A stretch of DNA of 64,000 nucleotides from NCBI GenBank assembly GCA_951406725.2, contig OX597819.1, positions 43,338,001-43,402,000 of the forward strand. The letters run 5' to 3'. Shown here one piece after another: positions 14,217 through 29,897 of the stretch. A program made the translations under genes and the position numbers. The notes below the pieces were generated by a model, which saw only the letters and a list, made by a program, of their open reading frames with translations, searched no databases and was not told the origin of the DNA. Source of the stretch: Octopus vulgaris. Taxonomy: Eukaryota. Every line of letters begins with the position of its first letter. Position 1 is the stretch's first letter.

Positions 14217-14388
14217 GATAATAGATGATAATAATAATAATGATGATAATAATAATAATAATAATGATGATAATAATAATAATGATGATGATAATAAAAA
14301 TAATAATGATGATGATAATAATAATAATGATGATGATGATGATAATAATAATAATAATAATAGTAATAATGATAATAATGATAATAAT
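13592..14388. repeat. Compound (GAT)n/(AAT)n trinucleotide array
   Basis: Directly visible; it is the source of the poly-M/I/N/D ORFs. Confidence 0.95.
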
Positions 14389-14659
14389 TTCATTTATTTG
14401 CTACAAGGGCGAAGGATGAGGGGACAATACAATGACAGACATAAAGTGTCGAGGTTACATATAATGAAATGATAAAAAATGTTTAATGAATTATAGGAGG
14501 AAAGTATACACGGTATACACTGAAAACGAAGGGATATATATATGCTTAGCATACACAGGTTTAAAAGAAAAAAAGTGGCGGGTCGGATGATAGAGATGTG
14601 GCCCTCCTGATACAGGAAGGCCTCAAGGGATAATCGAGGAACCTCAAATAATAATAATC

Positions 14660-14860
14660 ATTTTTACTAAAGGCACACGGCCTGAAATTCGTGGAGAAGG
14701 GACCAGTCGATTACATCGACCCCAGTGTTTCACTGGCACTTACTTTATCGACCCCCGAAAGGATGAAAGGCAAAGTCGACCTCGCTGGAATTTGAGCTCA
14801 GAACACAAAGACGGAGGGAATGTCGCTAAGCATTTTTGTGCGGCGTACTAATGGTTCCGT
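14660..14860 (-). mobile_element. SINE family 2 (Meta-domain-like), partial
   Basis: Reverse complement of GACTTTGCCTTTCATCCTTTCGGGG...GTCGATAAA. Confidence 0.75.
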
Positions 14861-14999
14861 CTTAACCGAAATAACAACAACAACTGCAGCAACAACAACA
14901 ACAATAACAACGATGATGATGCTGATGCTGTGGATGATGATAATAATGGTTTCAAATTTCGACACAAAGCCAGCCATTGCGGGAATAATAATAATTATT

Positions 15000-15217
15000 A
15001 TTTCTACTATTGGTACAAGGCTTGGGTTTTGTGGGTAGTGGGGATAGTCGATTATATAGATCCCAGTTCTCAACTGCTACTTAATATATCGACCCCGAAA
15101 GGATGAAAGGCAAAGTTCGACCTCGGCGAAATTTGAACTCAGAACGTAAAGGCGGAGGACATGTCGCTAACCATTTCGCCCAGCGTGCTTAACGATTCTG
15201 CCAAACTCGCCACCTTA
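15000..15217 (-). mobile_element. SINE family 2
   Basis: Same central domain and an AAGGTGGCGAG head on the minus strand. Confidence 0.75.
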
Positions 15218-15258
15218 GTAATAATAATGATGATGATGATGATGATAATTATAATAAT

Positions 15259-15537
15259 AATCACGTGATCACGTGACCGACCAGACCATCAGATGTTGTT
15301 ACACATCGCTGGTCACAATGCGTTCGCATTGTTTTAGCCTTCGAATGACGCCACCCCGCTGGCTAAGCGAGCAGGCCAACAGAAGAAAGAGTGGTGAAAG
15401 AGTACAGCAGGGATCACCCCCCCCACTGCCGGAGCCTCGTGGAGCTTTCAGGTGTTTTCGCCCGGTCTGGGAATCGAAACTGCGATCCTGCGACCGCGAG
15501 TCCGCTGCCCCTAACCACTAGGCCATTGCGCCTCCAC
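15259..15537 (-). mobile_element. tRNA-derived SINE family 3
   Basis: Minus-strand head GGCGCAATGGCCTAGTGGTTAG...GTTTCGATTCCC (A and B boxes). The tail ends in TCACGTGA repeats, and the tail also occurs at 42557-42669. Confidence 0.8.
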
Positions 15538-15584
<47 letters not shown>

Positions 15585-15870
15585 GAGGTGGGGACGAGGA
15601 GGAGGGGAGCAGGGGGAGGGGGCTAGGAGCAGGAGGAGGAGGAGAAGAAGAAGAAGAAGAAAATATTTTCCTGATTTGGAGACAAAAAAGACCAGCAGTT
15701 TTGAGAGGAAGGGGTTTTGTCGATGCCATCCACCACAGCAATTTGGTAGTTATGTCACCAAATCTCGAGCAAGGATGGGAAAGCAAGGTTCATTAGCACC
15801 GGCTGAATTTGAGGTCCTATTAAAAAAAGGATAAAATATATGAATAAATAATAGCAACATAGACAATAAT

Positions 15871-15924
<54 letters not shown>

Positions 15925-16098
15925 AATGATGATGATGATGATATAAACGTCAAGAACAATAATATAAACGTTACAATAAAATATAACAATCAATAAATTT
16001 AAGCGAATGAGGATCAACAGTTCACAGTAACTAAATATTTATAAATATTTTACACAGAAAGATATACGGTATATATACATATATATATGTACTTATAT

Positions 16099-16168
<70 letters not shown>

Positions 16169-16246
16169 AAGAGAGAGATAAATAGATAGATATGTGTGTG
16201 TATATGTATGTATCTAGCAGTATATGTGTGTGTGTGTGTTTGAATG

Positions 16247-16295
<49 letters not shown>

Positions 16296-16306
16296 ATGTT
16301 TGAATG

Positions 16307-16341
<35 letters not shown>

Positions 16342-16517
16342 GTAAGTATATATGTGTGTGTGTGTCTGCATGTATGTATACATATATATATATAGATATA
16401 CACTCACATACATAATACACATATACATTTATATATATATATATATATATATAGATGTTTCGACACATCTATCTACCACGCGCGGGCACACACACACACA
16501 CACACACATAAATATAT

Positions 16518-16563
<46 letters not shown>

Positions 16564-16623
16564 TGTTTCGACACATCTATCTACCACGCGCGGGCACACA
16601 CACACACACACACACACACATAA

Positions 16624-16699
<76 letters not shown>

Positions 16700-16722
16700 T
16701 TAAATACATATGCAAACAAATA

Positions 16723-17090
16723 TATTCTTTTATTCTTCTACATGTTTCATTCATTTCACTGCGGCCATGCTGGGGTACCGCCTTGAAGGGTTTTAGTCGA
16801 AGAAATGGACAGGACTCATTGTTTTGTAAGCCTAGTATTATATCGGTTTCCCTTTGCCGAACTACTAATTTACGTGCACGTAAGCGCATCTACAGAGGTT
16901 GTCGCGCGGCGCTGGTGGACAAACACAGATATAAAGACACACACATATAGGTATATATGTACACATATATATGTACGACGGGCTTCTTTCAGTTTCCGTT
17001 TACCATATTCATCCACAAGGCTTTGGACGGCCCGAGGTTATAGTAAAAGATACTTGCCCAAAGTGCCACACAGTGGGACTGAACCCAGGA
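16723..17090 (-). mobile_element. SINE family 1 (diverged)
   Basis: Reverse-complement match to the family consensus seen in the window. Confidence 0.75.
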
Positions 17091-17194
17091 CGATATGAAC
17101 GGGAACCAACTATATGGTGTCCCAGCCTGACAGCAGCTTTAAAGTTGAAACAAGTTAAAGAGTTATACATACACTCACACACACATACACACAT

Positions 17195-17224
<30 letters not shown>

Positions 17225-17225
<1 letters not shown>

Positions 17226-17549
17226 GGCACAGGAGTGGCTGTGTGGTTAGAAGCTTTCTTCCCAGCCACACGGTTCTGGGTTCAGACCCACAGCTTGGCA
17301 CCTTGGACAAGTTTCTTTTGCTATAGCCTCGGGCCGATCAAAGTGCGTCTGTGTTTGCACCCCCATCATCGCTTGACAACCAGTAATGGTGTGTTTACGT
17401 TCCCGAAACTTAGCAGTTCGGGAAAAGAGATCGATAGAATATGTACCAGGCTTACAAAGAATAAATCCTGGGGTTGATTTGTTTCAACTAAAGTCGGTGC
17501 TCCAGCGTGACCGCAGGCAAATGACTGAAACAAGTAAAATAACAAAAGA

Positions 17550-17550
<1 letters not shown>
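17225..17550 (+). mobile_element. SINE family 1
   Basis: Head GGCACAGGAGTGGCTGTGTGG and the family tail. Confidence 0.8.
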
Positions 17551-17593
<43 letters not shown>

Positions 17594-17745
17594 TACACCT
17601 GGATTTTGGGAATGACGCTAAGGTTACCCTAACATCCACCCGGCATTCTCGTAAGCCATGCAGTTGGTGGGGTGCGTAGCGAGAGATTAATTTAATTCTT
17701 TGATACTCCTCCCCCACTTACTACTACTACTACTACTACTACTAC

Positions 17746-17895
17746 GCTGTGTGGTGCGAAATCTGCTTCCCAACCACATGGCTCCGAGATCAGGCCCACT
17801 ACGCGGAACCTTGGGTATGTGTCTTCTATAGCGTCGGGCCAACCAAAGCCTTGTGAGTGGATTTGACAGCTAGAAACTGAAAGAAGCCCATCGAC

Positions 17896-17942
<47 letters not shown>

Positions 17943-18070
17943 GCACACTTATGTATTGGTTTAAAGAAGTCAAAAAGGCCTGGAGTCGATTTGTTCAGCT
18001 AAAATTCTTCAAGGCAGTGCCCCAGCGTGGTCGCAGTTAAATGAATGAAACAAAATAAAGGATAAAAGAT
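17746..18070 (+). mobile_element. SINE family 1 (diverged, internally deleted)
   Basis: Head and tail motifs present. Confidence 0.7.
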
Positions 18071-18129
18071 ATGCACTCACACACGCATATATGAATATGA
18101 GTGCGTGTGGGTATGTGTATAAATCTCTC

Positions 18130-18176
<47 letters not shown>

Positions 18177-18221
18177 GTGTATATATATATTTGTATGTAT
18201 GTATATATATATATATATATT

Positions 18222-18268
<47 letters not shown>

Positions 18269-18310
18269 GCATGTGTGTGTTTACCTATCTATCTATCTAC
18301 CGCTCTCTCC

Positions 18311-18359
<49 letters not shown>

Positions 18360-18455
18360 ATAAATATATATATATATACAGTATATATATATATATATAT
18401 ATGTATGTATATATATAGAGAGAGATAGATAGATAGATAGATATATATAGATATG

Positions 18456-18492
<37 letters not shown>

Positions 18493-18644
18493 GTACATAG
18501 ATATATACATATATATACATATATATATGTACATATATATATACATACATATATATTATTAGACATATATGTATACGTGCATATATATACATATATATAC
18601 ACACACAGAGGCAGACATATCTCACACACACACATAAATATATA

Positions 18645-18788
18645 GGCGCAGGAGTGGCTGTATGGTAAGATCCTTGCTTCCCGATCACATGGTTCCAGGA
18701 TCAGTCCCACTGCGTGACACCTTCGGCAAGTGTCATCTACTATAGCTTCGGGCCGACCACAGTCTTGTGAGTGGATTTGGCAGACGTC

Positions 18789-18791
<3 letters not shown>
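18645..18791 (+). mobile_element. SINE family 1, 5' half (3' half at ~19035-19240)
   Basis: Head motifs present; the element is split at its internal microsatellite. Confidence 0.7.
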
Positions 18792-18825
<34 letters not shown>

Positions 18826-18949
18826 AGATAAGAAAATGGAGAAATAAATCTAAATCAAATATCAATTACCAGATAATACTCAATCACATACTTTATTAAA
18901 CCACCACATAAGAGACTGTAGGGTTAGATATAAAAAGCAGAACAAATCA

Positions 18950-19014
<65 letters not shown>

Positions 19015-19382
19015 TGTATGTATGTATGTATGTATTTGAGTTTCTGTGTTTGTCCTCCTACCATCGCTTGACAACCGATTCTGGTGTTTTTACGGACCCG
19101 TAACTAACGGTTAGGTAACAAGTGACTGACAGAATATGTACTAGGCTTATAAAGAATAAGCCCTGGGGTTCATATGTTCAACCAAAGGCGGAGCATCAGC
19201 ATGGCCAAGGTCAAATGGCTGAAACGAGTCAAATAATATATATAGATAGATAGATATGTATGTAAGTATGTATGTATGTATGTATGTATGTATGTATGTA
19301 TGTATGTATGTATGTATGTATGTATGTATGTATGTATATATGCATGTATGCATGTATGTATGTACATATATATATATATATA

Positions 19383-19422
<40 letters not shown>

Positions 19423-19732
19423 TATATATATCAATATATATACATATACATATATATATATACATATACATATATATATACATATTCATACACACACACA
19501 CACATATAGGAAATGAGAGAAACATATAATGGATTTCTGGAGATGCTTTATTAATCACAACGATCGCTTCGACCCATCTCACATTGAGTCCTCGCGGGTG
19601 AAATACTGTACAGCTATGTTAGAGTATGTGTATGTGTGTGTCTGTGTAATATACACATGTGCAATATATATATATATATGTTTGTACACCTACCTAATTA
19701 ATTTGCATATATATATATATATATATTCAATA

Positions 19733-19937
19733 TGTGACCGCGTGTGTATCGTTGGCGATTGTTTTCCTTCGGTCTTCCCTTCCTTGGATCTTTCCCTTTC
19801 CTATGTTTCTGACGAAGAGCTCCGCTCAAAACGTTAAATCCTCCTTCTTTCTTTCCTTTCTTGAGCGTCCAATAACACTATACTTGTTCCACGTCCTCAC
19901 GTTGTTGCGTTTTGTCTTTGTGTTTTCATGTTTGGAT

Positions 19938-19942
<5 letters not shown>
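19733..19942 (+). mobile_element. Short hammerhead-bearing element (family H1)
   Basis: GTTT-CTGACGA-A-GAGC(TCC)GCTC-AAAACGTT-AAAT at 19805-19839: canonical CUGA, but G12 is changed to A. (TA)n flanks. Confidence 0.7.
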
Positions 19943-20001
<59 letters not shown>

Positions 20002-20119
20002 TAAATACAAAATGGGACAAGAACGCAAAACATCCAGAAGACGATACAAAAAACACGGACGGGTTATTCGAAGCCTTTAATCTTCAGTCAAAAACGGATC
20101 ATCCTCGCAATTTCGACTG

Positions 20120-20180
<61 letters not shown>

Positions 20181-20378
20181 ATAGATATATATTATGTATA
20201 TATATATGTATATATATATGTACATACACACATACATATATATATATACATACGTATGTAACTATGCATGTATATGTATATACCTATGTATATTTTTTTA
20301 TGTACATCTATATAAACATATATATACGTATGTATGTATATACATGTACCTTATACCTATATGTATATATCTTATACC

Positions 20379-20443
<65 letters not shown>

Positions 20444-20757
20444 ATGTATGTGTGTGTGTGTGTACATGTCTGGAGAAGGGGAGAGGAGTAGAGAGACCTG
20501 TGAAAACCATTAAACAAAAGAAATATGCGAAAGGCGAAAGGGGATGGTGTTACGACAGTTTTTTTGGGTTTTTATCCAGGGATTCATTTACCAAGGTGCG
20601 CTATGTCCGCTTGAGAAAGGACTCAACTATTTGTTTGAAAAAATTTTTCATAAGCATGTGTTTCAAAATATAGCGTGTAATATATAATAACACTCTGCAT
20701 GTATTTGCTTTCTGGTAAATATTTAAAATTTTCACACACACACACACACACACGCAC

Positions 20758-21218
20758 AAAGGGGTGCTCATAACTTTCTGACTTTGAGGGTGTCGCAAAA
20801 GCGCTGGTTGGGGGCCCAACCGAGTTCTTTTACAAGGCTTAGAAAAACTGAAGGATCGCTGTGATAAGTGTGTGAATCTGAGAGGGGAATATGTTGAATA
20901 AAACCATTATTAACTGATCCTCCTGTATTTTCTTTTACCTCCGAAACCTATTTCTTTATTACCCACAAGGGGCTAAAACACAGAGGGGACAAACAAGGAC
21001 AGACATAGGTATTAAGTCGATTACATCGACCCCAATGCGTAACTGGTACTTAATTTATCGACCCCGAAAGGATGAAAGGCAAAGTCGACCTCGGCGGAAT
21101 TTGAACTCACAACGTAACGCAGACGAAATACCGCTAAGCTTTTCGCCCGGCGTGCTAACGTTTCTGCCAGCTCGCCGCCTTTTTACCTCCAAAACCGTGA
21201 GCCTTTCAACAACCCCTC
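20758..21218 (+). mobile_element. Internally deleted mariner element with a nested SINE
   Basis: 20833-20901 translates QGLEKLKDRCDKCVNLRGEYVE* (mariner C-terminus). Degenerate TIRs AGGGGTGCTCATAA / TTTCAACAACCCCTCGTA. Confidence 0.7.
20943..21180 (-). mobile_element. SINE family 2, full length with TSD
   Basis: 10-bp TSD TTTTACCTCC at 20933-20942 and 21181-21190. Confidence 0.85.
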
Positions 21219-21264
21219 GTATTTGTGTGTGTATGTGTGTGTGTGCGTGTGTGTGTGTGTGTAT

Positions 21265-21301
<37 letters not shown>

Positions 21302-21504
21302 ACGGTGTAGAGTTTTGTTAACACGTACTGAAAAAAAAAAAAAACTACACGGAGTTATGAGAAACCCCACATACATACACATGAAATAATGAAATGAAAC
21401 CGCTTGAGTGTGAATGGAAAACTTAACAGCTAAATAAATGAAAAGATGAACAACAGCAGTACTCATAAATAATTAGAAAAGAAGGAAGTAAATATAATAT
21501 GCAT

Positions 21505-21542
<38 letters not shown>

Positions 21543-21785
21543 CGTTCGATGTATGACAGATGCATATTTTTAAACATAGAATTGTCTATGCATGCTATAT
21601 ATATATATATGTGTGTGTGTGTATATGTATATGTATATGCATATATATATGTATATGTATATGCATATATATATATATATATGTATATGTATATATATAT
21701 ATATGTATATGTGTATATATATATGCATATGTGTATGTATATGTGTATATATATATGTATATGTGTATATATATATGCATATGTG

Positions 21786-21816
<31 letters not shown>

Positions 21817-21930
21817 ATGTATATATATTTATATATATATATACACACACACATATATACGTAGACAAATGTGTACATGTAAATATATTTGTATGTATGT
21901 TTGTATGTATGTATGTATACACGTGTTGTA

Positions 21931-21968
<38 letters not shown>

Positions 21969-22026
21969 CACATATATATACATATACATTCATGTATATC
22001 TAATATATATATATACATACATATGT

Positions 22027-22087
<61 letters not shown>

Positions 22088-22180
22088 GTCTATGTGTATA
22101 TATGTGTACATTAATATTTGTATATAAGTATATGTATATATTTATGCGTATATATATGTATATTTATAAATATATGTATA

Positions 22181-22249
<69 letters not shown>

Positions 22250-22387
22250 ATAGATAGACAGATAGGTAGGTAGGTAGATAGATAGATAGATATAGATAGA
22301 TAGATAGATAGATAGGTAGGTAGGTAGGTAAATAGATAGATAGATAGATAGATAGGTAGATAGATAGATAGATAAATAGGTAGATAG

Positions 22388-22473
<86 letters not shown>

Positions 22474-22776
22474 CAGGACCTTATATCAATACAGCCTTTG
22501 TAGCATTACAGGCCTGAGGCAAATCAATTCACTGGACTCCATAGTATTTATATAAGGATGGGAGGGCACTGCATATATAGACCGGAATTGGGCCACTTGA
22601 CCCGTTGATCCTTTTGATCAGTTGAGCCCGTTAGTAACTGTCCAGTGTGTCCATGCCCTTTGATGTCATTTATATACGAAGTTTGTATGTAAATACATAC
22701 ATATGTATATATATATATATATATATATAAACACTCATAGATATGCATACACACATAACACACATATGTATGTATA

Positions 22777-22816
<40 letters not shown>

Positions 22817-23109
22817 TATATAGATGTATGTATGTGTATGTATATATATATATATACATACATACATATATACATACATATATATATATATATTTGTACA
22901 TATCTTTGTGTGTACACGTATGAATGCATATATTGTCCCTTATGTCACGGAAGATTTGTGGGACAAAATAATTAGATAGATACATACTGCATATTGCCGC
23001 CTAAGCCCTTGAAGAATGTGCCCCAGCGTGGCCGCAGCTGAACGCCTGAAACCAACAAGTCATGTGTATGTGTGTGTACATATATATATGTGCGTGTGTG
23101 TGCGTGCGT

Positions 23110-23141
<32 letters not shown>

Positions 23142-23694
23142 AGTTGTTTAACATTTGAGTTGATGGTGTTTAACCGGACGAACAACCAACTTAAAACTAA
23201 ATAGTATGCATGAAGTTTTTTTTAAATGCGAACCAAACAATAAAATGATATAAGGGGGAAAAAAAAATATCAAGTTTCCTCTCATTCCTGTTCACCCCTT
23301 CCCAGCCAAAAAAAAAAAAAACGGAAAGAGAGAAAGATAGAAAAACGGAAGGAAAATAGTTATGATTGGTGTGGTAAGGACAAAGTACTGGGTGCGCCCC
23401 GATTCAAGAACCAAATTATGCATTGCCTTTCCGCTTATGATTTCTCTCTGTTTTTCTCCCCTTCACACTCACTCACTGATGTCGTAAAAGTTATCTGTGT
23501 ACACGTACATGCATACAGAAATACACATACAAATGTAAGCACACATACATACATACAGAGATAGGCCCACAGAGACACATATACACGCACGTAGGTAGAA
23601 GCATACACACCTAAATATAGGCGGCGTATGAACACACACACACACACATATGCATGTGGGTGTGTTTTATGTGTCTATGAATGTACGTATAATA

Positions 23695-23741
<47 letters not shown>

Positions 23742-24078
23742 TTATTTATATATAAATACGTGCATACGTATGTATGTGTGCATGCATGTACAGCGATTCC
23801 ACAACTGTGTTCCTGAGATAAAGTAACAGGCACAGGATAGGACTAGAACTACGTAGTGTCTGTTACTAGTCGAACGAGTAACATCATATTCTTACATTCA
23901 ACTCATACATACATACATATATACAAACATACATACATACATACGTACGTACGTACACATACACGCACATGCTCGGATACGTTCTTAGGAGCAACGATCC
24001 GGCTTTTAACGTATGACGGCAAAAATATTTATTCCGCCACCTCCACCGGTTTTAATTTATGATATGTTCCCTCTAATT

Positions 24079-24325
24079 AAGGCGGCGAGCTGGCAGAAAC
24101 GTTAGCACGCCGGGCGAAATGCTTAGCGATTACTGGGTCTGTCTGTCTTTACGTTCTGAGTTCAAATTCCGCCTAAGTCGACTTTACCTTTCATCCTTTC
24201 GGGGGTGGGTGGGTGGGTGGGTCGATAAATTAAGAACCAGTTGCGTTCTGGGGATCGATTTAATCGACTTGCCCCCCCCCTCCCCTAAAATTTCGGGCCT
24301 TGTGCCTAAGAGTAGGAAAGGATAT
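24079..24325 (+). mobile_element. SINE family 2
   Basis: AAGGCGGCGAGCTGGCAGAAACG...GAGTTCAAATTCC (B box)...CCTTTCATCCTTTCGGGG. Confidence 0.8.
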
Positions 24326-24898
24326 TATTTCTCTCTCATTGATTTGCATCTCCTAATTATTTTTTCATACCTGTTACGAAATTTTGTAAAACAAAAAACA
24401 AAAAAAGAAAAAAAAAATGAAAAAGAAAAAAGAAAAAAGAAAAAGGGGTTAGGGGTTGGAAATTTTGTAACGTTAAACAACAGAGACGAATAACTAGGGA
24501 ACGCGTTAGCACAACACATAGGAAAACATTAGCGACAATCGCAACAAGAATAACCGAACGGATAAATATACTTCGACAACAAAACAAACACATATGGAAA
24601 CCAATAACAGTACACACGCACACACATGCACACTTACACACTCATACATATGTTTATATATCTATATCTATATCTATATATTCTGGAGCGTGAATGAAAT
24701 AGAACATCGAATCTTGTTATTGGACTTTAAAAACAAACGACGGATAATTGACACATGTACACACACGCAACGCTTCACACGCGCGTCAATGTGTAAACAT
24801 GTTCGCGCGCTGTTATGTGCGTGCGTGTCTGTATGTATATATATAAATGTGTGTGTGTGTGTGTATGTGTGTGTATGTGTGTGTGTGTGTGTATGTAT

Positions 24899-24972
<74 letters not shown>

Positions 24973-26055
24973 ATATGTATATATATTATATAATATATAT
25001 ATATTTATACAGAATACATGTGTTATGTGTGTGTATACGTATATAGATTTACATTATATACATAGCCACATACTCATACGTACACACACACACTTCTATA
25101 CATATATGATATACAGACACGCATACATACATACATACATATGTATACATTGCCATACCAACATATATATGTACATGCATACATACAAAACTTCAGCTAC
25201 GTTAGTCAGACGAACGAGGACACGCAAACGTAATCAACATTCTCTCTCACTCACTCACAGAAACACACACACATACACACACACACACACACACACGCAC
25301 ACATTAGGGCGCGTGAGACCCCCACGTGCCCTTTACCTGACATATACCGATGGTGCGTTTCCCCTCTACACCGTCCCTCACCCCCCCAGCCGTACTTTAC
25401 CATTCTTCAAACTCTGACTCTTTGAAGGTTTGTGGAATGGAATGGAATTGGAACAACCACCAACCGGTATCATTATCTCCCACCGGTGACTACTATATAC
25501 TTACTTACCAAGAATAACATTTATCAACCAGTATATACCATACCATACAGGGAAAACGGCTAACGTAATACTTTGGACCTGTGAGAAATATAACTTCGAA
25601 TTTCTCACACGCTATTGTCTTCAAAATAAGCGACTATGCATACTGGATAAATAAATGAGTCCTTGAAAAACAAAAACAAACAAAAAAAAAACAAAAAGAA
25701 AAAGAAGAGAGAAATGGACAGGATGGCTATGGCTGGAAGCAGCTTAATGAAATTTCGTAGCCGCAAAAAAAGAAGAAAAAAAAAAAAATAGAAAGAAGGT
25801 GAAAAAATAGGACAATGTTAGTGCTTTAAATATATACAAAAAGACGCGAGATGATCACCGGCGGACTACCATTGAATAAAGTTCTGCTGGATCGACGCTG
25901 ACCTTGGGCTAAAACTGATATAAACAACAATGCTGGCAACTGGATTTTTTTTTCTCTTTGAGTCTCTCTTATTGCAGTTTCGCAAAACTTTTTCTTCCGG
26001 ACTTTCGTAACTTACCATTTTCTTTTCACAAAAATTCTGTTTTTCTCTCTGCCGT

Positions 26056-26515
<460 letters not shown>

Positions 26516-26963
26516 GTATCTAAGCTTGTAAGTATGTGTGAGCGCGCACGCGTGGTTTGGTAAACTGCAACATTTTCTCATAACTTAACGTTTCGTGCAG
26601 TTGACATTAGTAAGAGTAAACACATACACTCACACACGCACACACACACATATATATGCATACATACATTCATATCGATACATATACGTATAAATTTACA
26701 TACACACACACACACATGTAGCTATATACATTTATACACATAGATGTATATATAAATATATATATATATGTGCGAGTGTATGTATATATATATAGCTGTT
26801 TACCTGTCAATCAAGCCGAAACTTCGGAGTCACGTTTAATAACTTCTAGTCTCAATATTATTGAGTAGTCTTCAAGTTACTTAATTTAGTTTTTACATAT
26901 CAAATAAAAACAATTATGTGTGTGTTTATGAATAGATATTTGTGTCTGTACATATATAATATA

Positions 26964-27007
<44 letters not shown>

Positions 27008-27056
27008 GTGGGTATATAAAAAAAATTATATATATATGTATGTATATGTGTGTATA

Positions 27057-27092
<36 letters not shown>

Positions 27093-27637
27093 TATATGTA
27101 TGTATGTATATATATATATATATGAAAATTCAAGTTGACTGAAATTTAGTTTCGATTATCGAGTTAATCTAACCAGCTTTTTTAAGCATAAACGCATACA
27201 TACATGCTTACATACAGACACATATGCGTATTTCTATATAGGTATACACACATATATGCACACACACACACACACACGCACTTATATCTTATATTTATGT
27301 ATATATTTACACAAACACACACACACACTTATATACCAACATATATACTTGTATGTGTGTAACATTTTTTTGGGGTGTAAAAAAATACGACATATCAAAA
27401 AGGGATTTATATGTACTTACCCTCGTGGTACAGAGGGGAAAAAAAAAACAAGCAAAAAAAGTTTGGGTTTTTTTTTTTTTAGTTTTTCGAACGAACTGGA
27501 AATAATTTATGAGGAAATGAAAAAGATAAAAAACCCCGAAGATTTAAACCATATTTGTTTAAAATCAAATTCAACTTTTTTATTATCATATTTGAAAGCA
27601 ATATTTTATTTTAATATATATCTAGTGTTTTATAAAC

Positions 27638-27683
<46 letters not shown>

Positions 27684-28132
27684 AAAGATATATTTCGTAC
27701 TTTTAGTTATAGGTTCACGTGAATTTATGTTTATAAAAAAAATCATCGTCTTGTTGTTGATGTTGTTCTTCTTTTCTTATTCTTCTTGTTCCCATTTATT
27801 TACTTTTTTTTTATGTTTATTTGCCTATCTTTATTGATTTACAAACCACATGGAAAGTTTTATTGAACATCAAAAAGTAAAAGATGTATGTATGCACGTT
27901 GTCTTTGAGTGTGTGAGTGTGTGTGTGTGTGTGTGTGTATGTGTGTAAGTGTGTGTGTGTGTGTATGCAATATGTGTGTGTGACTTAATATGTATATTTG
28001 TATGCATGTATGTATTTATGTATGGATATGCCTGAGCCTTAGGCGAAGCAAAATATATTTTGTTGGACTAAAGATTATGTATTAGATATTATATATTCGT
28101 GAGTGCGTATATAAAATATGTCATTTTATACG

Positions 28133-28314
28133 CAGGGACGTAGCTTGGACGAGTAGGTCCCAGGGAAGCATCAAAATTGCTCCCGCCCCTACCAAAAAGT
28201 GGAAACTCGCTTAGAAATGGTTTAACTAGAAAATAATCTTGGCCAAAATTGCGCTCCTTTTACAGTGGCGCCCAAGGCATGTGCCCCGCTTGCGCGATCC
28301 TAGATGTGCCCCTG
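28133..28314. mobile_element. Old hAT-like MITE
   Basis: Degenerate TIRs CAGGGACGTAGCTTGGA / TCCTAGATGTGCCCCTG; 6 of 8 flanking bases match (tttatacg/tatatagg). Confidence 0.5.
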
Positions 28315-28584
28315 TATATAGGTATATATACATATATGTTCGTATATGTATTTGTGTGTCTGTGTCTATGTTTGTTCTTCCCATCATATTTATAACCGGT
28401 GTTGGTCTGTTTACGTTCTCATGACATAGTGTTTCGGTAAAAAGATTTCGATAGAATAAGGACCGCAGTTAAAATCAGCCACCGAGACGATTTGTTCGAC
28501 TCACCCTACAACATAGTGCTCCCTAAAATTTCTGGAAATCTATGTATGAATACATAAATGCATATTTGTTCTTAGCAGAATGTA

Positions 28585-28623
<39 letters not shown>

Positions 28624-28627
28624 TCAT

Positions 28628-28659
<32 letters not shown>

Positions 28660-28788
28660 ATCTATGTATATATATATATGTATAGATATATGCATATGTA
28701 TATACATATGTATATGTATATATGTATATATATATACATATATAATATATATAGATATACATAGATATGCATGCATATACATACACAC

Positions 28789-28819
<31 letters not shown>

Positions 28820-29349
28820 CATATATAAACATACACAGTAAATCATAAATCCGAAATAGAAGCGCACTATATATTGAATAACACCCAGTCCGTCTCGATC
28901 AAACATATAAGATCAAAGGCGTTTCGGCCAACATGACCAGCCAGTCTCTTAAACACTATGTGTAGGGCTATTTAATGTGTCCTTTACTTAATTAAGATTC
29001 ATGGTGCTATTTGAAGATTTAGCTGCTGTTTCTTGCAGATCGAGCGTCCGTATACTGAATATGTGTATGCTTGTATAAATATCTCTATAAATGCATATTT
29101 AGGTATGTACGTATGTACTTACGTATGTATGTGTATGTATGTATGTATGTATATATAAGTGTGTGTATATATATATGTAAATTTGTAAGTATTTATGTAT
29201 GTATGTATCTCTCTCTCTCTCTATATATATATATATACACTCACACATGATAGAGATAGATATACATTTATATATATAAGTATATTATGCAGATATATAT
29301 ATATATAAATATATATATGCATATATATATAAATGTATATATATTATGC

Positions 29350-29389
<40 letters not shown>

Positions 29390-29819
29390 ATAAATATGCA
29401 TATATATTACACGCACATGCATATATATATGTATGTGTATATATAATAAACACATGCATATATATATATATGTTTATATATATATATATTTATATGAATA
29501 TATATATATATTTATAAGTATTAATAAACTTAGTATTAATAAACAAAGAAAAGCAAAACGTACTGATGGTGATAGTTATACATGTGTGTGTGTGAGTGTA
29601 TGTATATATATATATATATATATATGTAAACACACATATACATATATGTATGTATATGCGTGTCTCTATTATGAATATACATATCTGTGCCTAAAGTATA
29701 TATATATATATGTGTCTATATGTATATATACATGTTTAATCTTTTTATTTGTGTGTGTATACACATAGAGACATACACGCGCGCTACCGTGCGCACCTCC
29801 ACACATGTATGTATACATC

Positions 29820-29897
<78 letters not shown>

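Noticed and set aside
16454-16600. Duplicated 35-mer separated by microsatellite (CRISPR-like spacing); also 31805-32045
   Set aside because: Only 2-3 units, the spacers are microsatellites, the context is eukaryotic and there are no cas genes; this is local tandem duplication.
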